NCBI GenBank assembly: GCA_963715335.1
Contig: CAVQRZ010000014.1
Coordinates: 64,001 to 128,000 of the forward strand
Length of the DNA: 64,000 bases
Reading direction: 5' to 3'
Origin: an uncultured delta proteobacterium
Lineage (GTDB): Bacteria > Desulfobacterota > Desulfuromonadia > Desulfuromonadales > BM103
This document shows positions 1-9,668 of this stretch, piece after piece (position 1 is the stretch's first letter; each line of letters starts with the position of its first letter). The notes below the pieces were generated by a model. It did not search any database. It saw only the letters and a list, made by a program, of their open reading frames with translations, and was not told the DNA's origin. A program made the position numbers and the translations under genes.

Positions 1-1
1 T

Positions 2-637
2 CGCCAGCCTCCGGGAAAAGTCGTCTACATGAGCACCAGCGGTGTTTACGGTGACTGTCATGGCGCCCGGGTCACTGAAACGACGCCGGTCAATCCGCAA
101 ACCAGTCGCGCGCAACGCCGCGTTGATGCCGAAACGGTCCTGCTGGAGTGGGGGCGGACTCGCGGAGTTCCGGTAGTCATCTTGCGGGTCACCGGCATTT
201 ATGGCCCCGGCCGACTGCCGTTGGCCAGGCTCCAACAGGGCCATCCGGTGTTGAGCGAAACAGAATCGCCGCCAACCAACCGGATTCATGCCGACGACCT
301 GGCTGCCGTTTGCGTCGCGGCCGCTGAAAAAGCCGCGGACGGTGATATCTTTAATGTCAGCGATGGTCAGTCAGGGACGATGACCGGGTATTTCAATGCG
401 ATCGCCGATCTGCTCAAATTACCGCGACCGCAGCAGGTCAGCATGGAGGAAGCGAAGCAGGTGATGAATCCGATGATGCTCTCCTACCTTCAGGAATCCA
501 GGCGTATGGACAATCGGAAAATGATCGCGCAACTCGGTGTTGTTTTGCGCTATCCTGATCTCGAGTCAGGGTTGAAAAATGTCGTCGCGCAACTCGAACA
601 GCCTGGTATGGGGTATTTCGGTTCAGTGGGGCATTGA
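2..637 (+). CDS. NAD-dependent epimerase/dehydratase (extended SDR), 5'-truncated by window edge
   Basis: Frame open from window start; YMSTSGVYGD, LRVTGIYGPGR and RIHADDLA motifs typical of extended SDRs. Confidence 0.85.
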   Translation, partial: RQPPGKVVYMSTSGVYGDCHGARVTETTPVNPQTSRAQRRVDAETVLLEWGRTRGVPVVILRVTGIYGPGRLPLARLQQGHPVLSETESPPTNRIHADDLAAVCVAAAEKAADGDIFNVSDGQSGTMTGYFNAIADLLKLPRPQQVSMEEAKQVMNPMMLSYLQESRRMDNRKMIAQLGVVLRYPDLESGLKNVVAQLEQPGMGYFGSVGH

Positions 638-725
638 ACAGAGGCGCACGCGGTACGTGGCGCGAAAAAACTTTTTTTAACAAGGACGTTTTTTTAAGGC
701 GCGTTCCTGATTTCCGGAGGGAATC

Positions 726-2135
726 ATGAAGAAAATAGCAATTATCGGTGCCGGTATTTCCGGTTTGAGTACTGCCAATGCTGTAGAACGTCTGGCCAGA
801 GAAGCAGGGATCGATGTTGCCGTGACGGTCTTTGAACGTGAAGAGCGGACCGGCGGTAAAATATGGAGCATCAAGGATGAGGGGTACCTCTGCGAATGGG
901 GCCCGAACGGTTTTCTCGACAGCAAACCGATGACCCTGGAGCTGTGCGACCATCTCGGCATCCGTGACCGGCTGGAACGTTCCAATGACAACGCCCGCAA
1001 GCGTTTCATCTACAGTGACGGCATTCTCAACCAGCTGCCGGAGAACGGACCGATGTTCCTGAAATCAAAACTGATCAGCTGGCCCGGCAAGATTCGTCTG
1101 GCTCAGGAATTCATCAAGCCGAAGCGTACCGACGGGGTCGACGAGACCCTGGCTGAATTTGCCCGTCGCAGGCTTGGCCCGGAAGCGCTCGACAAGTTGA
1201 TCGGCCCGATGGTCTCCGGTATCTTTGCCGGCAATCCTGAAACCATGAGCCTGAAGAGCTGCTTCCCGCGCATCCACGAGCTGGAACAGGAGTTTGGCGG
1301 TCTGCTGAAAGCGATGATCAGGCTGGCCAAGCAGAAGAAAGCTGAGATCAAAGCCGGCAAACAGGTCGCCAGTGCTGCCGGGCCGGGCGGGGTGCTGACG
1401 TCCTTCGTAGACGGCATCCAGGAATTAACCGATGTCACGGTCAGGAGTCTCAAGGGCAAGGTGCTGACCGGCAGTGCCGTGACCGGCCTGAAACCGGCTT
1501 CGGGCGGATGGGAGCTTGAGTTGACAGACGGCAGCAAGTTCGATGCGGATATCCTGGTGTCTGCGGCACCGGCACATATCCTCAAGGAACTTGTCACATC
1601 TTTTGACGATAAACTTTCCGAGTTGCTCGCCGGCATTCCTTATGCGCCGATGAACGTCATCTGTTTCGGCTATCAACGGCAGAAAATTGCACGTGATCTG
1701 GATGGGTTTGGCTACCTGATACCCAAAAATGAAGGGTGCGCGATCCTCGGAACCCTCTGGGACTCAAGCATTTTCCCGCAGCGAGCCCCCGAAGGGCATG
1801 TCCTGCTGCGTTCCATGATGGGCGGCGCGACCAATCCTGATGCCATCGGGTTCAGCGATGCCGAGGTCAGGAAGCGGACCATGGCAGAACTGCAAAAGAT
1901 CATGGGAATTGTCGCCGAACCTGATTTCGTGCGGATTTTCCGTCATCAACGGGCCATTCCGCAGTATGTCGTCGGGCATGCTGACCGGCTTGAGGCGATT
2001 GATGACAACCTGAAACGGCATCCCGGCCTGATCCTGACCGGCAATGCCTTTTTCGGCGTCGGCCTCAATGATTGTGTCAATGCTGCCAACAAGGCCGGTG
2101 AACAGGTTGTTTCCTGCCTGAAGAAGAGCGCCTGA
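726..2135 (+). CDS. hemY: Protoporphyrinogen/coproporphyrinogen oxidase (HemY family)
   Basis: GAGISGL FAD motif, EWGPNGF, GFGYL, IPQY and GVGLNDC motifs; 469 aa; GGAGG SD. Confidence 0.9.
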   Translation: MKKIAIIGAGISGLSTANAVERLAREAGIDVAVTVFEREERTGGKIWSIKDEGYLCEWGPNGFLDSKPMTLELCDHLGIRDRLERSNDNARKRFIYSDGILNQLPENGPMFLKSKLISWPGKIRLAQEFIKPKRTDGVDETLAEFARRRLGPEALDKLIGPMVSGIFAGNPETMSLKSCFPRIHELEQEFGGLLKAMIRLAKQKKAEIKAGKQVASAAGPGGVLTSFVDGIQELTDVTVRSLKGKVLTGSAVTGLKPASGGWELELTDGSKFDADILVSAAPAHILKELVTSFDDKLSELLAGIPYAPMNVICFGYQRQKIARDLDGFGYLIPKNEGCAILGTLWDSSIFPQRAPEGHVLLRSMMGGATNPDAIGFSDAEVRKRTMAELQKIMGIVAEPDFVRIFRHQRAIPQYVVGHADRLEAIDDNLKRHPGLILTGNAFFGVGLNDCVNAANKAGEQVVSCLKKSA

Positions 2136-2240
2136 TGCTCGGGCCTGCCTAATCTTCTTGAAAGCCTTTAGTGGTTGTTTATAGAATGAAACGTTCGTGA
2201 AGCTGAATTTCTCTGTGGGTTTCAACTTTGGGGTATTTTC

Positions 2241-3152
2241 GTGAGATTGCTGACGCGTTCCGATTTCGATGGTACATGCTGCGCGGTCCTGTTGAAGGAA
2301 CTTGGCCTGATCGATGAAATGGTCTACGCTCACCCCAAAGACCTGCAGGACGGCAAGGTCCCTGTCACAAAAAATGACGTTCTTGCCAACGTTCCCTATG
2401 TGCCGGGTTGCGGCCTCTGGTTCGACCATCACTCAAGTGAGCAGGAGCGCAACGGCCTGATAGGGAAATATGAAGGTCTGAGCAAATCGGCGCCGAGCAC
2501 GGCGCGCGTTATCAGTGACTACTACGGTGCAGCAAAGTTTGCCAGGTTTGATGAACTCCTTGAGCAGGTTGACAAGATTGATTCGGCGCAACTGACCGAG
2601 GCAGAGATTCTTGATCCGGCCGGCTGGGTCCTGCTCGGCTTTCTCGCCGACCCAAGGACCGGCCTTGGTTACTACCAGCACTTCAGGATCAGCAACCTTG
2701 AATACTGTCTTAACCTGGTCGAGATGATCAGGACCATGACCATTGACGAGATCATGGCTGATCCGGACACTGTTGAGCGCACAGAGCTGTACTTCGAGAA
2801 TACTGAAAAGGCCAAAACTTTCTATAAGAACTGTTCCTGGATAGACGGACCGATCGTCATTTCGGATTTTCGTATCATCGGCATGGCTCCCCCCTCTAAT
2901 CGTTTCCTGGTTTATTCCCTTTTCCCTGAAGCCAATATCTCGATCCGTATGATGGACGGGAAAAACAGGGGATTCGTCTCCATTTCTGTCGGTCACAGTG
3001 TCATCAACCGGACGGCGACAGTCGATGTCGGTTCACTGATGCTCAAATACGGTGGGGGCGGGCACAAGGTCGTCGGTACGTGCCAGGTTCCGTATGAGCA
3101 GGCGGAAAACATTCTCGATGAGATGATTGAGTTTATTAAATCGAATAGTTAG
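2241..3152 (+). CDS. DHH-family phosphoesterase (nanoRNase / exopolyphosphatase-related)
   Basis: TRSDFDG, FDHH and C-terminal GGGGH motifs. Confidence 0.85.
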   Translation: MRLLTRSDFDGTCCAVLLKELGLIDEMVYAHPKDLQDGKVPVTKNDVLANVPYVPGCGLWFDHHSSEQERNGLIGKYEGLSKSAPSTARVISDYYGAAKFARFDELLEQVDKIDSAQLTEAEILDPAGWVLLGFLADPRTGLGYYQHFRISNLEYCLNLVEMIRTMTIDEIMADPDTVERTELYFENTEKAKTFYKNCSWIDGPIVISDFRIIGMAPPSNRFLVYSLFPEANISIRMMDGKNRGFVSISVGHSVINRTATVDVGSLMLKYGGGGHKVVGTCQVPYEQAENILDEMIEFIKSNS

Positions 3153-3168
3153 TTGATTGTTCAACGGT

Positions 3169-3715
3169 CAACAGATGCTTCATCTGTTGCCTTTGTTGTT
3201 TTTGCCCCCCTGAAATTCAAAGATAAAACCAAAACCAAAACCAGGACCCGGGGGTCGCGCCCCCCGACTGCGCCTGACTCTTTTGCTGGCCCAAAAGAGT
3301 AAGCAGAAAAGGGCCTGCGCTGCGCTGGGCATGTCTGGCTCGTTAGGGCGGCGACCTCAATTCAGACGAATCTATCCGACGAATCTTCTACACTTCCCCC
3401 GCAGGAGCCGAGGCTCTTGAGAGCCTCTCCTTCTGTGGAGGCTTGCCTCGGTAGGGGTTGTTTTGGCTTTTCCCTGGTAAATCACACGGCAAGGTCAGGC
3501 CCTTTGACACAGGGCCGGATCCCCATCACAGCAGGTTCTTGAAGTCACAGACATCCGGCCAAGGAGATGCCCTCCGCAAGGAGAAGGCACTTTTGCATAC
3601 TTTTGTTGCCGGACAAAAGTATGGCGTCTGGCGGGACGCGACCCGCCGGTTTTGACTTTGATTTTAAACATCAAACAATAAACGTAGGGTAGCAGGATCC
3701 ACCTCCTGCTGTCCC
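3169..3715. repeat. Structured dispersed element, copy A (core 3248-3654 plus flanking REP-like hairpins)
   Basis: Core nearly identical to 12177-12582; many hairpins; no credible ORF. Confidence 0.9.
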
Positions 3716-3847
3716 GTATCGGAAGAAATTAAAAACACCCCTTCTGGTCGAGCTGTGTTTTATTTAGCTGTTATTTCTTGCGTATTTTATGTATGATTAG
3801 CGACGTGCTAATTCTCTAACCTATGGCTCTATTGGGAGGTCAAGAAT

Positions 3848-4583
3848 ATGCGTAAGCTACTGTTGATTCTGATGGTCGGGATTCTGTCTGTACTTTTAAC
3901 TTCAACTTGTGCTCTTGCTGAAAAAGGCTACCAGGACATCGATGCGGCAGGCACGAAAGCGTTGATGGAGCATGACGGTGCACTGGTGGTTTTCCCTCTC
4001 AGTCCCATCGAGTTCGATAACAAGCATATCAAGGGTTCTGTCAATATCGTTATGGACAAGCTGGAGTCCGATCTGCCAAAGATAAAGAAACCAATCTTGT
4101 TTTTTACTGCCTCGGGAATCAAGTGTGTCGCTTCATGGCGTGCTGCCGAGAAAGCCGTTGACCTTGGGTATAAGAACGTCTATGCGTTCCGCGAGGGGAT
4201 TCCAGGTTGGGAGAGGGCCGGATATCCCCTGGTCACTGTCAGGCCGCTGCCGGATATTGAGGTCAGACAGATATCGACAGTGGAACTGGCCGCCATGCTG
4301 GATAAGCGATGATATCATTCTGCTTGACATCAACCTCAAGGAAGATGCCAGCAAGTTCTACATTGATCATGCCAAACGTGTGCATATACCCCTCGATGAA
4401 TTGAATGTCAGCCTGCCGCAAATACCCAAAGACAAAAAGGTCGTGGTGATCTGTCTGAAGGGCCACCGCGCCCCTACGGCCGTGAAATACCTGGTTGATC
4501 AAGGTTACGAGGATGTTGTCATGGTCGATGGTGGTGTCCAGAAGTGGGTTCTCGAAGGCCGGCCGGTCAAGCAGGTCGGTTGA
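3848..4583 (+). CDS. Exported tandem rhodanese-domain protein, broken by apparent indels near 4079, 4117 and 4304
   Basis: Signal peptide, HIKGSVNI, GIPGW; frame-corrected LVFYCLGIKCVAS; second domain VVICLKGHRA and GGVQKW in another frame. Confidence 0.8.
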
Positions 4584-4662
4584 GTTCAAAAATTGCGTTG
4601 AGTCGCCCGTGTCGACCGCCGATTGAGACTATGCAGGAGTTCTCCGTCGATATTTAAAGCTA

Positions 4663-4700
4663 AAGCGATGCTCATCCTGTCTGGGAGCATCGCTTTTTTT
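4663..4700. terminator. Bidirectional intrinsic terminator
   Basis: AAAGCGATGCTC...GAGCATCGCTTT hairpin with T tract between convergent genes. Confidence 0.65.
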
Positions 4701-5391
4701 ATTGTTCAAACACCTTTATCCCGATTGTGCCTGAATCGTTGTCGCCATCCATATGGATCGCAACCGCAGCCTTGTAACCCTCGGCGATATCCAGGTCGAC
4801 CACCCGGTAATCGCGATGGTCTTCTGAGCTTGGGGCGTGGACGCCTGCAGAGACCTCAGTCATGACGGTTTCACTGAGTGGATGGAAGAGCCCCTTGCCG
4901 AGTGATTTGACGTATGCCTCCTTGCGGGTCCAGAGGGTAAAGAAGAATTCCCGCTGCGTCGCCGGGTCTTCAAGCCCGGATAATTGTAATACCTCGTCCC
5001 CGGTCATGAAATGACGCGCAAGCTGCAGGGGGTTGCTGCTTTCCTGAATCAACTCAATATCTACGCCAATTTCGCCATCACGGCAGACCGCAACCAGGAG
5101 TCTGTTGCCGCTGTGGGACAGGCTGAACTGCAGGGTCCGTTCATCGGCAGCGGCCAGATGCGGTTTGCCATGTTCTCCGTAGCGATAGCGGATCGAACTG
5201 GCGTCTGTTTGCAGGTATCGGGAAAGTGTCTGCCTCAGGAGATAATGCGAGATAAGAAAGTTTTTTCTGGCGGGTTCAACCTTGAACCTGCCTGCGCGAA
5301 CCAGCTCTTCGCCCGAGAGACGGGACGAGGCTTTATCGACTAGATGGAGGTTGTCTCCGAACCGGAATGAGTGGATATAGATGTTAGCCAC
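4699..5391 (-). CDS. Sfp-type 4'-phosphopantetheinyl transferase
   Basis: GKP, FSLSHSG, IGVDIE and WTRKEAYVK motifs. Confidence 0.9.
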   Translation of the reverse strand: MANIYIHSFRFGDNLHLVDKASSRLSGEELVRAGRFKVEPARKNFLISHYLLRQTLSRYLQTDASSIRYRYGEHGKPHLAAADERTLQFSLSHSGNRLLVAVCRDGEIGVDIELIQESSNPLQLARHFMTGDEVLQLSGLEDPATQREFFFTLWTRKEAYVKSLGKGLFHPLSETVMTEVSAGVHAPSSEDHRDYRVVDLDIAEGYKAAVAIHMDGDNDSGTIGIKVFEQ

Positions 5392-5627
5392 TTAATCTTC
5401 CTGTCTTGTCACAAGATCAGCACTTCGTCGGATTGTATCTTTTCCGGGTCATGCATGGCAATCCTTTCAAGAGTATGCACGAGTTTGCCCGGTGTGGTCT
5501 ACGGATCGCAGTAACTTCAGCGATGATCAGGACGATGCCGGCACGCTCTTGTTCAAGCGGGCAGCGCAACCGGTTGCAGACGAGCCATGTTCACACTTCG
5601 ACAATCTTTAATGATATACTTATCCGC

Positions 5628-7688
5628 ATGTACCGAATTGCCTTGTCCATGACCCTGGTCTTCTGCAGCATACTGCCTTTCGAGGTGATGGCTGCCGGTC
5701 ACATTGAGCAACGGATCTCCATCCGGCTCGAGCCGGCGGCGCATCGGCTTACAGCAGAGGCGATCATCACCCTGGCTGGCGACAGGCAGGAATGGCCCCG
5801 GCTCTTTCTGCTCGCCCCCCAGGCAAGGGTCGAGTCGGTCGCTGCGGATGACAGCCCCCTGGCGTTTGATTTTAACGGCGGGCAATTACGGCTTCCCGAT
5901 GCAGGCGAGTGGTCGGTACTGTCGATCCGTTACACGGTCGTGTTCGATGATCCCGTTCCCAGCGACACGATTGGCATCGAAGACCCTTCCTATGGTGTCC
6001 GGGCGACGATTATGCCGGAGGGGACTTACCTGTCTGCTGCGTCCGGCTGGTATCTCCACGCGGTTGATGCCCCCCAGCGCTTCACAATCACGATCACCGG
6101 ACCGGCGAATTTGACCGGCGTGACATCCGGTCGCCTGACGAATATTACCAGGACGGCAGTCGAGACGGTGACAACCTGGCAAACCGTTGTGCAACCGTCT
6201 GCGATGTCTCTGGCTGCAGGCCATTATCAACTCCGGCGCGACAGCCTCGGCGAGATCCAGTTGCTGGCTTTTTTCAGCGAGGGCAATCTTCCCCTGGCTG
6301 CCGGCTACCTCGAATCGGTCCGCGAGTACCTGTCCCTCTACCAGGGGCTGTTCGGCCCTTATCCCTACGAAAAATTTGCCGTGGTGGAAAACTTCTACCC
6401 TACCGGCTACGGGCTGCCGGGGTGGACGCTGCTCGGCAGCAGCGTGGTCCGGCTGCCCTTTATCCGCACGACCAGCCTGCCGCACGAGATCGCTCACGCC
6501 TGGTGGGGCAATGCGATAGAGGTCGATTATGCCTCAGGCAACTGGGCGGAAGGGCTGGCCACATATGTCGCCGACTACTATTTGAAGGAACGCGATGATC
6601 CGCAGGAAGCTCTCGAGTATCGCCGGAAAATCCTGCGTGATTATGCTTCGCTGGCGGCTGAAGAGGACTCTTTGCCCCTCTCTGCGTTCCGCAGCCGGGC
6701 ATCCAGGCGTGACCAGGCGGTCGGCTATGGTAAATCCGCCATGGTCTTTCATATGCTGCGGGGCCTGATCGGTGATGAAGCTTTCTGGAAGGGGCTGCAG
6801 GGTATCGCTCGCGATGGTCTTGGCAAGGAGTACGGCTGGGCCGACCTGCAGCGGCACTTCGGAGCGGTCTCCGATGTCGATCTGGACACCTTCTTCGCCC
6901 AATGGGTCGAGCGACCCGGCGCGCCGCACCTGAGCCTTGCCGACGTCGAAGTCACCAAGACCGGGCCGGTTTGGCAGATCTCGGGGAATATCAGCCAGGA
7001 CGGGCCGGTCTACCAGCTTGCCGTTCCGTTGCAACTGGTTACGGAGGGCTTGGTCTACGAGCAGGTGGTCGATCTCAACGGGAACCAGGAGCGCTTCGTC
7101 TTCACCGTTGCCGAGCAACCGGTCAGCCTCGCCGTTGACCAGGATAGCCGGCTCTTCCGCAGGCTCGATCCGGCAGAGTTGCCAGCCACCGTCAATGACC
7201 TGCGAGCTTCGAAAAGCCCTTTGGTTGTGGTCGCCTCGGGCTCTGAAAAGCTGATCGAGGCCTCCCGGAATCTGTTGCGTGGCCTGCAATGGCACCAGTC
7301 GGCAATCATCAACGAAGAGATGTATCTGGCAGCGCCTTCACCCGGCAGGGATATCCTCTTTCTGGGTTGGCCGCGAAGCCAGACCTTGCAGCCCGACCTG
7401 CCGCCTGAAGTCACTGAATCTACACAACACTTTGCTGTCAGCGGCAAGCTGAGCGACGCTAACGGGGATGTCCTCTTTATGGTCAGGAAAATGGCAAAAG
7501 CCGATCAGGTTGTCGCCTACTTCCTGCCTGGCTCGATTGCTGCTGCAGAAGACACGGCCCATCGCATCCCGCACTATGGACGTTACAGCTACCTCGTATT
7601 CCGCGATGGCCAAAACCGGATCAAGGCAACCTGGGAGCCTGCTAATGCCTCTTTGAAGACACTTTTTCATAAGGACGTAACAAGATGA
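5628..7688 (+). CDS. Exported M1-family zinc aminopeptidase
   Basis: HEIAH...EGLATY gluzincin motif and YGKSAMVFHML; start moved to ATG 5628 ahead of a signal peptide. Confidence 0.85.
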   Translation: MYRIALSMTLVFCSILPFEVMAAGHIEQRISIRLEPAAHRLTAEAIITLAGDRQEWPRLFLLAPQARVESVAADDSPLAFDFNGGQLRLPDAGEWSVLSIRYTVVFDDPVPSDTIGIEDPSYGVRATIMPEGTYLSAASGWYLHAVDAPQRFTITITGPANLTGVTSGRLTNITRTAVETVTTWQTVVQPSAMSLAAGHYQLRRDSLGEIQLLAFFSEGNLPLAAGYLESVREYLSLYQGLFGPYPYEKFAVVENFYPTGYGLPGWTLLGSSVVRLPFIRTTSLPHEIAHAWWGNAIEVDYASGNWAEGLATYVADYYLKERDDPQEALEYRRKILRDYASLAAEEDSLPLSAFRSRASRRDQAVGYGKSAMVFHMLRGLIGDEAFWKGLQGIARDGLGKEYGWADLQRHFGAVSDVDLDTFFAQWVERPGAPHLSLADVEVTKTGPVWQISGNISQDGPVYQLAVPLQLVTEGLVYEQVVDLNGNQERFVFTVAEQPVSLAVDQDSRLFRRLDPAELPATVNDLRASKSPLVVVASGSEKLIEASRNLLRGLQWHQSAIINEEMYLAAPSPGRDILFLGWPRSQTLQPDLPPEVTESTQHFAVSGKLSDANGDVLFMVRKMAKADQVVAYFLPGSIAAAEDTAHRIPHYGRYSYLVFRDGQNRIKATWEPANASLKTLFHKDVTR

Positions 7689-8551
7689 AACCCATAAATA
7701 TCGTGACGCTGAAGATCCTGCTGGCATGCCTTGCCTGGATGGCACCCGCTGCCGCGTTGGCCCATCCGCATCTGCTGGATGTGCAGGAAAAAGTCGAAGT
7801 TGCCCCTGAAGTCATGCTTAATGACCTGCGCAAGGCACAGGTCATCTTCGTTGGTGAGCTTCATGACAACCATGGCCATCACCAGGCTCAACTGTCCATC
7901 ATCGATGCTCTCGATAATGACGAAAGACCCCTGGCGATTGGTCTGGAGATGTTTCGCCGGGACAGCCAGGAAGATCTTGATGTCTGGACTTCCGGAAAAA
8001 TATCCCTTGTGAAGTTCATGGAAGTCTATAATGAGAACTGGGCCATGTGGCCTGCATACAGACAGATATTCATGCATGCCCGTAATGAGAATTTGAAGAT
8101 GGTTGGCCTGAATATCCCGAGCGCCATCACCAGGAAGGTCGCCAGAAACGGCTACAACTCATTATCGAGTCAGGAACGCCTGCTGCTTGGTAATGTCCAG
8201 TGTGAGGTCAACCAGAGTTATGGCGAATTTATACGCCAGGCCATGGGCGGCCATGGCGGCCACGGCACCCAGTACCTCTATTTCTGCGAAGCACAATTGC
8301 TTTGGGACACCGTGATGGCCAGGAACCTGGTTGATTTCCTCAAGGAAAACCCGGATTACCGGGTTGTGGTCATGGCCGGCAGCGGCCATGCCTGGAAATT
8401 CGGCATCCCTCGGCAGTTGGTCGAGCAGGCCGACATCAGCTATCGGGTGGTGCTGCCCGAGATTATCGGTCGTCTCGACCGTCGCAACGTCAATGAAAAG
8501 ATTGCCGACTATTTGTGGCTGGACGAGGGGGATGATGGCTGGGTTTTTTAA
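7685..8551 (+). CDS. ChaN family exported protein (heme-binding, iron-regulated family)
   Basis: VGELHD, GLEMF, AQLLWD and AGSGH motifs; start overlaps upstream stop codon. Confidence 0.8.
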   Translation: MKPINIVTLKILLACLAWMAPAAALAHPHLLDVQEKVEVAPEVMLNDLRKAQVIFVGELHDNHGHHQAQLSIIDALDNDERPLAIGLEMFRRDSQEDLDVWTSGKISLVKFMEVYNENWAMWPAYRQIFMHARNENLKMVGLNIPSAITRKVARNGYNSLSSQERLLLGNVQCEVNQSYGEFIRQAMGGHGGHGTQYLYFCEAQLLWDTVMARNLVDFLKENPDYRVVVMAGSGHAWKFGIPRQLVEQADISYRVVLPEIIGRLDRRNVNEKIADYLWLDEGDDGWVF

Positions 8552-8576
8552 GGCCGGGACGGGGGACGCGAAAATT

Positions 8577-9239
8577 TTAGTCTTTGGACGGTTCAGCCAT
8601 CAAGAGTCGATTTTTGGGTGTGATCTCTGCCGGAATGGTTTGCGTGTAGATACGGTAGCCTTTACCCTTTAGACGATTGGCCCGGCTGATATCCACCGCC
8701 ATGGGGCCATCGACCCACCCATCCAGGTTGCCCATGTCCGATTCATCCAGGTTGTGACAGCAGGGCAATACGGCAAGACGTGCTCCGGCAGTTGATGCCC
8801 GGTCCAGGACCAGGTCGGTGAGACCGCCGCAGGCGTGTACGGAGACGACCAGGTCGCGCGTTGAAAGCTGAACGTCTTGCAGGGGTCTTTCTTCAAAAAT
8901 AATCCTCCCCTCCAATCTCGGCCAGTTCTTCACCAGTACCTCATGCAGTTTGCGGGCAGAGGCCGGGATCGATCGGTCTACTGCATAAGCCTCCGGCGAG
9001 GTGTCGTCGAGCAGCAGGAGCAGGGCGGCAGTTAAACCGTGGCCGCACGCCAGATCGACGACGCGCCCGCCGCGAAACCGACGTCTTACCCGCCGGGCGA
9101 CTTCCCACGCTTCAAAAAGTTCCTTGCGCGGCAGGCATCCGGCTTCGCAGACAGTCCGTCCCAGCTTGTCGAGCAGGGTGTCGCCGGGGAAGAGAAACAC
9201 CTCCTTGTCAGTCAGTCGGTTTTTCGAGGAAAGGTTCAT
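8577..9239 (-). CDS. SAM-dependent methyltransferase
   Basis: VDLACGHG, VHACGGLTD and LPCC motifs. Confidence 0.8.
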   Translation of the reverse strand: MNLSSKNRLTDKEVFLFPGDTLLDKLGRTVCEAGCLPRKELFEAWEVARRVRRRFRGGRVVDLACGHGLTAALLLLLDDTSPEAYAVDRSIPASARKLHEVLVKNWPRLEGRIIFEERPLQDVQLSTRDLVVSVHACGGLTDLVLDRASTAGARLAVLPCCHNLDESDMGNLDGWVDGPMAVDISRANRLKGKGYRIYTQTIPAEITPKNRLLMAEPSKD

Positions 9240-9305
9240 AGAAGCAGGTGCGGGTCAGGGGAGCGGGGCACGAGGAAACAACAAAAAAGATTTCCGCCTC
9301 TCGCG

Positions 9306-9668
9306 TTACGCGTCTCGCGCCTCCCGGTTGGTTTGGCAATCGATACAAAAAGGTGCTTCTGGCTGTGCTTTAAGTCTGGCGAAGCTGATCCCTTCTTCAC
9401 ATTCCATGCACAGCCCGTATACGCCGTTGTCGTATCGACGCAGGGCGGCTTCGATGCGCGTCAACCTGGTCCGGGCGGTGCGGCGGTTGGCCTGCACCAT
9501 GCTCTGTTGCTGTATGGCATCCATGCGTGAGAGCCTGCCGATCGGTTCATCGAAGCTGACCGGCTTAGCCCCGTCACTGGAGTCTTCGAGCTGCTTCTGC
9601 ATTTTTTTACGCAGTTTGAGCAAAGCCCGGTGCTGCCCGCTCAATTGTTCTGCGGTCAGTTCGTGCAC
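9306..9668 (-). CDS. TraR/DksA C4 zinc-finger protein
   Basis: GRLSRMDA, YGLCMECEEGI, RL, PEAPFCIDC. Confidence 0.9.
   Translation of the reverse strand: MHELTAEQLSGQHRALLKLRKKMQKQLEDSSDGAKPVSFDEPIGRLSRMDAIQQQSMVQANRRTARTRLTRIEAALRRYDNGVYGLCMECEEGISFARLKAQPEAPFCIDCQTNREARDA

Noticed and set aside
3458..3655. Short ORFs inside the repeat (3458-3655, 12101-12289, 12467-12649)
   Set aside because: Starts and ends differ between the copies and there is no SD; these are incidental translations of a structured repeat
4699..5391. PPTase as a marker of a biosynthetic gene cluster
   Set aside because: No ACP, PKS or NRPS genes in the window
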